DNA of 54,972 nt from Octopus bimaculoides (taxonomy: Eukaryota): the NCBI RefSeq assembly GCF_001194135.2, contig NC_068995.1:39226550-39281521 (forward strand), written 5' to 3'. The stretch's first letter is position 1, and each line of letters begins with the position of its first letter. A program made the translations under genes and the position numbers. Positions 39,878 through 50,971 of the stretch are shown here, in pieces. The notes under the pieces were generated by a model. That model made no database searches and was not told the DNA's origin. It saw only the letters and a program-made list of their open reading frames with translations.

Positions 39878-40544
39878 AAGCTTCGAACATACACTAATAA
39901 ATTCAAGTTGCATTGAATTTAATACTTAACAATATATGACATGTTTATACTAAAACACAGATTGGTATGTATTCATTTAATAGTTGAGAATAGCATATAA
40001 TCCGTTACTCACTTGAAATGCAGTTCAAGGAATACAGACCAGTGGTTTTATGTAGAGTTTGATAGGAATTTTACAATTAACTGTGTCAACCTAAACCACG
40101 TAACAACAAACAATGAGAAAAAGTTAGCGTCTTACATTTTTTGTAATACTTTGCTATTTAATATTTTAATTTAGCACTTTACAATTAGCAGTTTAGCAAT
40201 ATCCTATTAGCAATTTAACACTTTCCTATTTAATATTTCAACATTTCAGGGATTTCCTGTTAATAAATTGTGAAGGATTTACTGCAAATGAAAGTCTTTG
40301 CCATCCAAGATATGATTGCGGCAGACTATTTTCTAAAAGTCCGTTCGAAAGACTGAAATAACGAAACACTGAGCAAAAAAGCCAGTTATTCGTATCCTGT
40401 CAGCGCTTATATATGTACCTGTGACAAAGCATCAAATTCTCAAAGATGAAAACCACTGTTTCTATCTTACTTTTAGATTTCGGCTCTTTTTCTGCTCTGC
40501 ATTGCACCCCATCAAAGACTTTAGACTAAATATAGCCTAATTGG

Positions 40545-40790
40545 AGAAGGCGCTTGTCCTAGTGGTTAGACTGTTTCACTCACAATTGCTAAGATCGTTG
40601 GTTCGATTCCCAGACCGAGCGGTGCGTTGTGCTCTTGAGCAAAACACTTCATTTCACGTTGCTCCAGCCCGCCTTCGATAAAGGGGAAATGTTGGTCAGC
40701 TCGCCATTCGAAGGCTGAAACAATACAAAGCGCATTGTAATCCGCGATGTATAACAACATCTGATAGAGTGGTCGGTCACGTGATCAGAT
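40545..40790 (+). mobile_element. tRNA-derived SINE family B with CORE-like domain
   Basis: TAGTGGTTAG A box, GGTTCGATTCCC B box, then GTTGTGCTCTTGAGCAAAACACTT resembling the CORE domain. Related copies at about 15373-15480 (+) and 4975-5285 (-). Confidence 0.72.
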
Positions 40791-41864
40791 GATAGCCTAA
40801 TTCATCTTGATATAAATAAGTATTATGTCATTTTCTGATATGAAAGACAAAAATATTGAATAACTGAGATTAAACTCTTAAACCATCTACATTTATGAAA
40901 GACTAGTATCCTGTTATAAGGGTACACATTAAACGTTCAGGATATTCCAACCGTTTCGCTTTTTAATAGACGAAACACCCATTTTGAACAGAATGTAGAA
41001 AATTCATAAACCACAAAGTAATCGTATTCTCGAAAGACTACATGTTGCTAAAGCAAACGTTTTCTTTGATTTCGAAATCTTTTTATTTTTCTTCTTTACT
41101 ACGATGTAGCATCTTTCGTAATCTTGACTTTTGCTAATTAAAATGTAATCATTTATAAAGAAAACCCATGATTACTCCGTGAGTCTATTGATCACTGTAT
41201 ATTACTTCTCCATTACTCTCCATATGTTCTCGATAATTCTTGTGTATATCAGACTCACCTGCTATGTTTTTTCATTGCTCAAATGTATGTATATATATAT
41301 ATAAATGTGTGTGCATGGGTGTGTTCGTGTGTGTATGTATATGATCACATGCACACAAACACATACATACATGTGTGTGTGTGTATGTGTGTGCGTTTGT
41401 CTGTGCATGTGTATCTGTGTGTGTGTGTGTGTATGTGTGTGCGTTTGTCTGTGCATGTGTATCTGTGTGTGTGTGTGTGTTATATTTGTTGTTGCTCGGC
41501 ATAATACATATATTCTAACGTGGTTCTACAAACTGTCGGTTCATGAATAAAAGATGTTATCGCACTCTACTAATTTTCAAAGTTGAATGTCTTATAGACA
41601 ATTACTTGAATGTGAAGACATTAATATGATTAAAAACTAGTTGATTTACTGAAATGTATGGCAATAGACTTACAGAAAGAGAAGTTATGATTGCATATGT
41701 GTTAAGGTTTTTGTTCTTCTTTTTACAGGAGATTAGAATAAAACTGAAGTGAATTTGTTGGAAACAAAAATTCGTAATAAGATTGAAAACTTGGAACACC
41801 GGATTAGATACATTATACGAGATTATCTTCAATGCACTGATAGTAATAATTCTTTCAACCAAAA

Positions 41865-42547
41865 TCTCAAGGCCTGGAATATTGGAGAATAGGAGGGTAG
41901 TCGATTAAATCAATACCAGAGCTCAACTGGTACTTATTTTATCATCAACACCAAAAAACAAAGACAACCTCTGTGGAATATGAACCCACAATGTAAAGCC
42001 GGAATAAATGATGTTAAGTACACGATCCGGAGTGCTAACGATTCTGCAAGCTCATCGCTTCATAGGTAACAGTAAAATATAATTAACAAGGGATTATATG
42101 TGTAGTGCAGTGAATTGAACATTTATTTTGTATATTCAAATCACAAAATCAAAGAAGAAAATAACTTTAGATATAGCTTCCCTTTAGTCCCGAAACTGAA
42201 GTCATTTCCAAAAATCCACAGTAATTGAAGAAATTGAAGGGTGCATTAGTGAGTGAGACTGCTTTTTGCTAAGTATAATGACAAGTTCGAGTACGATTCG
42301 ATTCCATACGATTTCATTTATAGGGGTCTATTGTAATACTGGTTTAAATTTTTGACACAAAAGAAGTAATTTCAGGAGAGTGGGTAAGTCGACCACATTG
42401 ACTCCAGTGCTCAGTTGGCACTTATCAAACCGACAGGATGAAAGGCAAAGTCGACCTCGGCGGAAATTGTACTCAGAACGTGAAGATGGGCGAAATGCTA
42501 CTAAGCTTTTGCCCGGCGTGCTAACGATTCTACCAGCTCGCTGCCTT
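41865..42547 (-). mobile_element. Two SINE family A copies (about 41865-42061 and 42335-42547)
   Basis: Both carry the reverse core and head motifs. Confidence 0.8.
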
Positions 42548-42556
42548 GCTCTATAG

Positions 42557-42870
42557 CACTGGTTCTCAACCGGGGTCCATACGACCCCAGGGGTTCCATA
42601 TAAAATATTTCGTGGTCCACATAAGCAAAATAGTAAGTTGGATCCTCGCTATTATTTTTAGAGTCCATGAAAAAAATTGCTATAGATCTATTTATTGCAA
42701 GAACCAGCTGGATTTCTTTCTCTATCATTTTGCATAGACCAGCCTACACAAGTTAATGTGCAAAAGAAAAAAAAAACTAAATAAGATTTTTGAAAGAAGT
42801 TTCTATAAAATTAAATTTTAAGCATCGAATGACTATGCGGATCCACTAGTCTGCTGAGTCTCACTGATTT
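42557..42870 (+). mobile_element. Degenerate hAT/Charlie-like MITE
   Basis: Starts CACTGGTTCTCAACC (Charlie-type TIR CAGTGGTTCTCAA). Similar isolated ends at 31905 and 46364. The right TIR is degenerate. Confidence 0.5.
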
Positions 42871-44112
42871 ATAATAATAATAATCATACAGAGTAGTGCG
42901 TTTATAAGCAGTGGTAAGTTAATATGCGTCTCAGTCGGTTATGAAATCCCAACATAGGATTGAAACTGATATGAATAATTCAATCTTTTTTCCTTCAACC
43001 GAAATTTTGTTCATAGAGATAAGTTGTTTATATCTGTCTATTATATACAGTATTTCTTGTATTATTTTGTTATAGTTTTATGCACAATATGACATTGAAA
43101 TAAAATGCTGTTGGGGTAACAGTAATTTCTTAACAGAACTAACACTGAAGTGTGTGCTTAAATATTCAACCCGATCTTTTTCAACCTTAGTGTGGTGCAT
43201 TTATGAACATTGCCTACTGTGAGGAGATGATGAAAAGTATGAGTCATTAAAGAAATCTTAATATACGTTAGAAACTAACCCCGCTGGTTTACATTTTCTC
43301 TGTGTTAAGACACTGCATACAAAACGTGGTATTACTACTGAGTCCACAAAACCTGCAGAAATATTTTATAGCCAAGTAGAGTATTTAAACATTATTTCTC
43401 TCAGTTATATTACCATCCATATCAATAGATTCACAGTTTGAAGTCAATAAAATCACCCTAGGAGAAAATCATGTTTAAGAATTCATAGTCATCCTAAATA
43501 TTAAGCGAAAAATCCTGTTGCTCTGACGCCATTTCTTGACTTGTGTTTAGGTAAAACCGTGTACAAATTTCTATTGCGTGATATAATTGACACCTACTTC
43601 TGTAGTTATGTGTACGTATATGTGGTTAGTATATTTGAAAGTAACTCAGTATAACTATAAAACATAGAGCATAATTTCGATCTGCAGGCCACTTGAGCAC
43701 AGCAGGATTCCACTGCACCACTGCTCAACCAATCATTACGCAAACACAATTTATTATCTCTTGTATTGTCTGTTCTGGGTTACAATACTTCCATCATATC
43801 ATCCATCATATGTTATCTATAATGTACTTATTTATCTATTCATTCATTTGTTTGCTTGTTTCTATGCATTGCACTGTTTCAGATGTACGAAATATAGAAA
43901 CTACACAATATTGCTGTAGCAATGCGGGGTCAATTTACTTGCTGAATGATCACTCTGTAGATACTCCAAGAGACAAATTTGTCAAACCACATGCATAGAT
44001 CTATGAGTTGCGAATATTTCGGGGTGTCTCTTCATTTGCCATTTTTTAAATCAGCCGGAAGCAAATCAGTTCTATATACGTTTCCTCAGCGTGGCATAGT
44101 AAGCAAATATAG

Positions 44113-44325
44113 GTAGTAGCCCTTTCTACTATAAGCACATGGACTAAAAATTGGGTGAGGGATTTAGTCGATTCCATAGATCCTAGTACTCAACTGGTAC
44201 TTATTTTATCGAACCTGAAAATAATGAAAGGCAAAGTCGACCTCGGCAGAATATGAACTGAAAGCCTAAAGACGGACGAAATGCCGCTAAGCATTTTCCC
44301 CAGTGTGCTAATGACTCTGTCGGCT
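44113..44325 (-). mobile_element. SINE family A copy immediately left of the mariner
   Basis: GAAAGGCAAAGTCGACCTCGGCAGAAT...GCCGCTAAGCATTTT reverse motifs. Confidence 0.8.
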
Positions 44326-44342
44326 AGGTAATAGTGAAAATA

Positions 44343-45648
44343 TTGGGTTGGCAACTAAGTTCCCGCCGTTTTTTTTTAATTTTGGAATTTATTGCGTTTC
44401 TAAATTTTGGAATCTATTTTTTTCGAGAATTCTATTTTTGAATCATTTTGGAATCTATTATATTTTCTTTTTTTTTTTATAGTTAATTTTAGTTAATTTT
44501 TGTTTATTTCCAGATCATTAAAATGGAATGTCAAGTTAAGAAAAACGACCATTTTCGACACCTCCTTCTTTTTGCTTTTAATCAAGGTTGTAAGGCCGCA
44601 GACGCTGCTCGCTACATTTGTGCTGTATATAGACGGGGTGCCATAACTGAAAGAACCGCTCGTGATTGGTATGCCAAGTTCAAAAATGGAAATTTTGACC
44701 TCAAAGACGCACCTCGTTCTGTCCGTCCAGTTGAGTTCGATGAAGAGCGAATAAACCAACTTTTGCAGGAAAGTTCTCGTCGAACGACAAGGGAACTGGT
44801 AGAAAAAATGGAATGCTCCCACACTGCTATAGAGAAGCATCTTCACTCGATGGGAAAGGTTCAGATGTATGGAGCATGGATTCCGCATGCTTTAAGTGAC
44901 AACAACAAAAAATAACGAACCACAATCTCCGTTGGTTTGCTTACTCGTCACCGCTCAACTCATGGACACAAGCAACGATATTTTTTACCGAATCGTTACT
45001 GGAGACGAAAAATGGTGCCTGTATATCAACATGAAACAGCGTAAGGAATGGCTTAGTCCCGGTAAACAAGCGACACCGCGCGCGAAACAAGATCTTCATC
45101 CGCGTAAAACGATGTTGTGCGTACGTTGGGACTGGGAAGGCATTATCCATTACGAATTGCTTGAACGGAACCGAACGGTCAACGCAGAACTCTATGTTCA
45201 ACAGATCGAAAGACTCAATACGGCTATTCAAGAGAAAAGACTTAATCGGCAGCATGGAGTTCTTCTGCTGCACGACAACGCCCGCCCTCATATCGCCAAT
45301 ATGACCAAGGAAGCCATTCAAACGCATGGCTGGGAAGCTCAGCTACACCCGCCGTACTCTCCTCATTTGGCACCAGCAGATTTCCACCTTTTTCAATCTC
45401 TTTCAAAATGCTATACGCGGAGTTTCATTCAATACTGATGCAGAATTGAGAGCTTGGTTAGATCAATTTTTTCGTGTCGAAATCGGGTGATTTCTAACAA
45501 CGAGGTTTTGAAAATTGTATTGAACGTTGGGAAGAAATTGTAAACAACAAGGGTGAATACATTGTTGACTAATTAGTTGTCATCTTTTAATAAACCTTTT
45601 AAAGATTTAAAATTTTAAAAAACGACGGGAACTTAGTTGCCAACCCAA
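44343..45648 (+). mobile_element. Full-length mariner DNA transposon (about 1306 bp)
   Basis: About 30-bp terminal inverted repeats (TTGGGTTGGCAACTAAGTTCCCG(C/T)CGTTTTTT), with TA on the left and TG on the right (mutated TA duplication). Internal transposase. Confidence 0.97.
44523..45572 (+). pseudogene. Mariner DD34D transposase, frameshifted
   Basis: HTH region, WIPHAL (WVPHEL-like), TGDEKW, HDNARPH, HPPYSPHLAPAD and C-terminal RWEEIVNNKGEYIVD are recoverable across several frameshifts, e.g. at A/T runs near 44910 and 44985 and again after about 45400. Confidence 0.95.
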
Positions 45649-45887
45649 TGTAATTAACTATACATTATATGTGTAGTGAAGTAAACTGCACATTTAATTT
45701 GTAAATTAAATTCACAAAGGCAATGAAGAGAAATAGCGTTAGGTATAGCTTCCTTTTTGTGTCGAAATCCACATTGATTGAAAAAGTTGAAGCGTGCATT
45801 GGTCAGTGAGACCAAGCAAAATTACCACATTTTGATATATTACAAAATGTGTTTCTTTTTAACGGTGAATTTATAAAAGAGTTTTAC

Positions 45888-46127
45888 CTGTTCTGTGAGG
45901 AACTTCCAGTACCAAGAAACTTGTGAGGTTCGACTAAGACTTTTGGGATCCAAAAAAGAAAATATATACAAAGATAAGAATCTTGGAAGAAGTCTGGTAA
46001 AGTCGATGTGTTGTAATGGAACTCTTTCATTGAACCAATTCCGAACGTGAGCATATTGTATGTTATGACACTTGCTCAACATTTGATCAAAAAATTCGTT
46101 TCGCTGGCTTTCTGTCCATAAATCGAA
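45888..46127 (-). CDS. ECT2L: ECT2L coding exon 3, F-box (FDLWTESQRNEFF...DFTRLLPRFLSLYIFSFLDPKSLSRTSQVSWYWKFLTEQ)
   Basis: Clear F-box motif LP...LYIFSFLD.K.L....VS..W, highly similar to ECT2L. TTTCAG acceptor, CAG|GTAAAA donor, 240 nt, phase 0-0. Confidence 0.96.
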
Positions 46128-47341
46128 CTGAAATTAAAATCAAGAAAATATGAAATTTTTGTTTCGCATAACGACAATTGAATTAATATAAAGGCTTCTC
46201 TGGTGCAAACTGCAATAACAATGTTGTTTTATATTGCTTTTTAATGCAGTACATATATTTACCAAAATTACAAATATATATATATATATATATATATCTT
46301 GAAATACTAAAGAGTAAATTTATTCAATAAAATCGCCATTGGCTTCAACCACGTCCTCCAGACCAGTGCTTCTGAAACTATCTGATGTGGCGTACTGGCA
46401 GTTTTCTTTTTTTTTTTACAATCTGCCAGGGACCGATGATATTTTTTAGTAATATTAATTTATACCGGAAACAATATATATAATGAATATGTAAATAAAA
46501 TGATGTCATAACACCTATCCCAGATCTAAATCAATTTTAATAAACTGTATATCATTCCAACAATTTCAGATGAAAATGTTTTTAGTTGCAATGCTTTTCA
46601 TCACAAGTCTGCCATCTGGATGGACATGGGTTTAAGCAACCAGAACCTGTCTAGTTGGGGAAAATAATACCGTAAATTCTCCGGCAGTTACAGAATCAGT
46701 CTCAGTACAAGGCGTCACGTATTTTACTGACTTCAAAAGAAAAGCGAATTCGTTATGAGATGGCTTTGAGAATTGTTATAAATGCCGCAATTCATTATCT
46801 CTGACGCTCTAACGATTCAAATATATTTGTGGCAACATATATGCTAGAATTGATATGTTATTGGCAAGTGTTATTCATTTTATGTGTGGGAGTGGGGAGC
46901 ATAATAAGTTAGAGAATTATCGATATTTATTTTAGTTTTACTGCAAAAACATGTAATAGAAACCAAGAAGTTTAAGGTTTTCCGGCTCAATACCTAGTTA
47001 CCACTAAATGCTTTGTCCGTATATATATAGTTCATTGTTTACGTTTTTTGTTTGCGCTACAGTGAACGATATGGCAGCACAGTCAACAAAGTATCATCTT
47101 GGAAATGTTGTAGTTATATGTGCTAGACATATTTAGGGAAATTGGTCGTCAATAAAGATAAACACGTATTTGCATGCGTAAAAGCATGTATGTATGTGTA
47201 TGTTTCTATGTATGCATATGCAAAGATGTCACCACAATATTACCTCGAATTTGCAGGGGCTGTTTATATCGTAGAATCATGTATATGTTTGTGTGTATGA
47301 ATATATATATGCATGTAAATATGTTTGCATGTATGTGTGAA

Positions 47342-47436
<95 letters not shown>

Positions 47437-47941
47437 NNNNNNNNNNNNNNNNNNNNNNNNNNNNNNNNNNNNNNNNNNNNNNNNNNNNNNNNNNNNNNNN
47501 NNNNNNNNNNNNNNNNNNNNNNNNNNNNNNNNNNNNNNNNNNNNNNNNNNNNNNNNNNNNNNNNNNNNNNNNNNNNNNNNNNNNNNNNNNNNNNNNNNNN
47601 NNNNNNNNNNNNNNNNNNNNNNNNNNNNNNNNNNNNNNNNNNNNNNNNNNNNNNNNNNNNNNNNNNNNNNNNNNNNNNNNNNNNNNNNNNNNNNNNNNNN
47701 NNNNNNNNNNNNNNNNNNNNNNNNNNNNNNNNNNNNNNNNNNNNNNNNNNNNNNNNNNNNNNNNNNNNNNNNNNNNNNNNNNNNNNNNNNNNNNNNNNNN
47801 NNNNNNNNNNNNNNNNNNNNNNNNNNNNNNNNNNNNNNNNNNNTGTGTGTGTGTGTGCATATAGGTGTTTTAATGCACTCGTTTCCTACAAAATGCTTAA
47901 GTTACGCTTACAAGATACAAAATGTAATATGTGTGACTTAC

Positions 47942-47977
47942 CCAATGAGAAATTAATTCAACTCTTTCCTTGAAAAG
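47942..47977 (-). CDS. ECT2L: ECT2L coding exon 2, 36 nt (LFKERVELISHW)
   Basis: TTTTAACAG acceptor and TGG|GTAAGT donor. Near-identical to ECT2L LFQERVALISHW. Phase 0-0. Confidence 0.93.
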
Positions 47978-49172
47978 CTGTTAAAAGAATGGCACAAAAT
48001 AGTTAAGCAAAGTAAAGATTAATATTTGTTGTTGCCGGTGTTTCTATTGTTGTTATTATTGTCCCAGCCGACTCATTGACAAAGATAGCAAACTTGAAGA
48101 CTTCATTAATAGCAGGCAATAGCGGCAACAACATCAGCCAAAGAAAGTATCATACAAAAATACTATAATTCAATCGAAAAACTTGTTATAATAATCACAG
48201 GGACACCCCCACTTCATAATAAAATAGGTGAGAAAACGGTGAGAAAACTTAATCTCACTTAATCTCGACATACATTGTAGTTCCATGTATTAAATATGAA
48301 GGACGTCCGATAGGAAATACTACAATAGTTCTAACAATCAAGATTACTTCATTAGAATATATGCAACAGTTATTGAAGTTTTTACATGAGTAATTTTTTC
48401 TCTCTTTGATCGGTATGTTATTTTTTTCTTATTTGCTTCTACCTAGAAGTCAAAGGAAGCAGCCACTATTACCTTCAAATTTTGCTTATGTGACCTAGAT
48501 ATTAATGTTTTGAAACTGACCCATTTTCGATTACATTTCACACAGATTCAATGCTGGGTTGCTGAAGCAGAAATATCGTTATAACAAATATTCTGTTCAA
48601 CATCACAGATTTGCTTATCAGTTGCGTGACCTTAACCACTTGAGCATGTATCTTAGTTGTTAACAGTATGTGCATCTCTGTTCGTGAGCAGAAGTAGTAA
48701 GAAGCATAATAGCCATATGTTCAGAGGTCTTCTTTGGTGTTTGAATAACTATCGTAACAAAACCAAAGTTTAAAAGAAATATTAGCCATTTCATTTTCAT
48801 AACTCCTAGGAAACAAGAGTTGCTACCCACGGACAACGAATCGTGTTACATGTTTATTCATGAAGTTCTGCAACACCACAGCAATTCTAAAATACAAACC
48901 GTCTCTAGAAAAAAGGGCACTTGTAATATCTATTATTTTTTTAATATTTTACTTGTTTCATAATTAGACTGTTAGACTGAGACCATGTTGGAGTACGTCC
49001 TAGTCGAATGAATCACCCCAGTTATTATTTTTTTTAATTGGTACTTATTCCATAGAGCTATTCCGCCGAACCGCTAACTTACTGGGGCGTAAACACACCA
49101 TTACCAGTTGTCAAGCGCCGGAGATTGGCAGACACAGCCACAACTACACACGTGTCTATCTATCTATTTATA

Positions 49173-49221
<49 letters not shown>

Positions 49222-49388
49222 GTTTGCATGTCTGCCTGTCTATCTATCTATCTGTCTGTCTTTCTATTTATCTATCTGTCTGTCTATATAACTATTTATC
49301 TATTTATTTATCTATCTATGTATCTATATACCTGTCTATTCACATTATTTACAATTGAGGGGTATTTGTCCTCATCTTGTTTGTTGTT

Positions 49389-49434
49389 AACACAACGTTT
49401 CGGCTGATATACCCTCCAGCCTTCATCAGGTGTC
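49389..49434 (-). ncRNA. Minimal type I hammerhead ribozyme motif (copy 1)
   Basis: Minus strand reads GACAC-CUGAUGA-A-GGCUG(gagggtatat)CAGCC-GAAAC-GUU-GUGUU: stem I GACAC/GUGUU, stem II GGCUG/CAGCC, palindromic AACGUU in place of stem III. Activity untested. Confidence 0.72.
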
Positions 49435-49529
49435 TTGGGGAAATTTCAAACTTGGGTTCTCATTCCTAAGGTATTTTTCGATGTTATTATTATTATCATT
49501 ATTATTATTATTATTATCATTATTATTAT

Positions 49530-49605
49530 TCAGGTTACTGCCTGGAAACGAACTCGAAATCTTGGGGTTAGTAGCCTGCGCTCTTAACCACTACGTCAAA
49601 TGCCC
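49530..49605 (-). promoter_or_regulatory. tRNA-derived internal Pol III promoter (A box and B box)
   Basis: Minus strand GGGCATTTGACGTAGTGGTTAAGAGCGCAGGCTACTAACCCCAAGATTTCGAGTTCGTTTCCAGGCAG has A-box-like TAGTGGTTAAG and B-box-like GAGTTCGTTTCC at tRNA spacing. Confidence 0.7.
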
Positions 49606-49653
49606 GTGGGCATATGGCGTAGGAATGTGAACCCAGGTTCGAAATTTCCCCAG

Positions 49654-49698
49654 GACACCTGATGATGGCTGGTAGGTATATCAGCCGAAACGTTGTGT
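49654..49698 (+). ncRNA. Minimal type I hammerhead ribozyme motif (copy 2)
   Basis: GACAC-CUGAUGA-U-GGCUG(gtaggtatat)CAGCC-GAAAC-GUU-GUGU, with the same architecture as copy 1. Within the motif the differences fall in the stem II loop, the extra nucleotide and the end of stem I. Confidence 0.68.
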
Positions 49699-50524
49699 AA
49701 AAAACAAACAAGATGAGGACAAATATCCCTCAATTGTAAATAACGTACGTATTGTACATAATTCCTCACCTCTTAAATATAGAACTGTATCTGACTATCT
49801 GCCTGTGTTTGTCTGTCTCTCTATTTGTCCTATATCAATATATATATATATATANNNNNNNNNNNNNNNNNNNNNNNNNNNNNNNNNNNNNNNNNNNNNN
49901 NNNNNNNNNNNNNNNNNNNNNNNNNNNNNNNNNNNNNNNNNNNNNNNNNNNNNNNNNNNNNNNNNNNNNNNNNNNNNNNNNNNNNNNNNNNNNNNNNNNN
50001 NNNNNNNNNNNNNNNNNNNNNNNNNNNNNNNNNNNNTATATATATGTACACGGCGGGCTTCTTTCAGTTTCCCTCTTCCAGATGCTCTCCCAAGGCGTTG
50101 GTCGTCCCGAGTCTATAGTAGAAAACACTCGCTCAAGGAGTCATGCTGTGGGAATGAACCTGGAACTGTGTGGTAAGGAAGCAAACTTGTTACCAGAAAG
50201 CCACTTCTGCGCCTACGTTGACTTTTTCCCGTTATGCACCAACACATTCTCTAAGATTTAATGATTATTTCCAACAGAGGCATAAAACTGCAATTTAATC
50301 TGCTCCAGTATTTCACAGCTACTTATTTGATCGACTGTATACATAAGTAGTGGCAAAGTCGAGATTCGGACTTATAACCCAAAAGTACATAAAGTTTTCT
50401 TACCCACGGCTGATCTTAGCCAAATCAAACAACGATAATTCCACAATAAATTTGTCTCCACTTCACATAAATAGATTATTTTGCTAAAATTACTATTTCG
50501 AAAGTGAATTGTTATGACTAGTTT

Positions 50525-50750
50525 AGCGAAGATAATTGGTACGGGCTGGGCAGAATCGTTAGAATGCCGAATAATATGCGTAGTGGCATTTCGTGCTACT
50601 TCACGTTCGAGCTCGAATTCTGCCAAGCCCAACTTTGCTATTCATCCCTTCGAGGACGTTAAAATAAGGGCCAGTTGAGCACTAGGGTCTATGTAATCGA
50701 CTTACCACCCCACACTCCCAAATCTGTAGACCTTGTGCTAAAAGTTTATA
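50525..50750 (+). mobile_element. SINE family A copy abutting the ECT2L exon 1 donor
   Basis: GGCAGAATCGTTAG head and CTTTGCTATTCATCCCTTCGAGG core. Confidence 0.75.
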
Positions 50751-50767
50751 ACGAAAATATAACATAC

Positions 50768-50971
50768 TTGTTGTCCCATCGGTCTCTGCATCAAAGGAGA
50801 CCAACAACTGTGCTGCGTCTTCGAAAGATTTGGGTTCCAACTTTTCGAAATTGTAGACCGTTTACTTTTCAATGTGGCAGTTCGGAAGATATTAGAATCG
50901 TCTACAGTTAGTAGCATCTTCGGAGTGGGTGTGAAGATTTTGTCTTTTTTTAATGATGTTGTATATTCCAT
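50768..50971 (-). CDS. ECT2L: ECT2L coding exon 1 (MEYTTSLKK...HSCWSPLMQRPMGQQ)
   Basis: ATG in ACGATGG context, 9 nt after an AG acceptor (50981-50982). The C-terminal SCWSPL..RPMGQQ matches ECT2L SAWTP..NKSLNRQ. Donor CAA|GTATGT, phase 0. Confidence 0.85.

Larger units (their letters stand above)
49345..49743. mobile_element. Fold-back composite element: tRNA-like head + (AAT)n + Penelope-type tail, inverted-duplicated
   Basis: Arms 49345-49468 and 49620-49743 (124 bp each) are near-perfect reverse complements. A second inner inverted pair (49591-49605 vs 49608-49622) is centred on 49606-49607. Confidence 0.88.

Noticed and set aside
49530-49605. Functional tRNA gene
   Set aside because: It has A/B boxes but no convincing acceptor stem or full cloverleaf and is fused to (AAT)n; treated as a SINE-type head. 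The same applies to the B-box fragment near 1730-1770.
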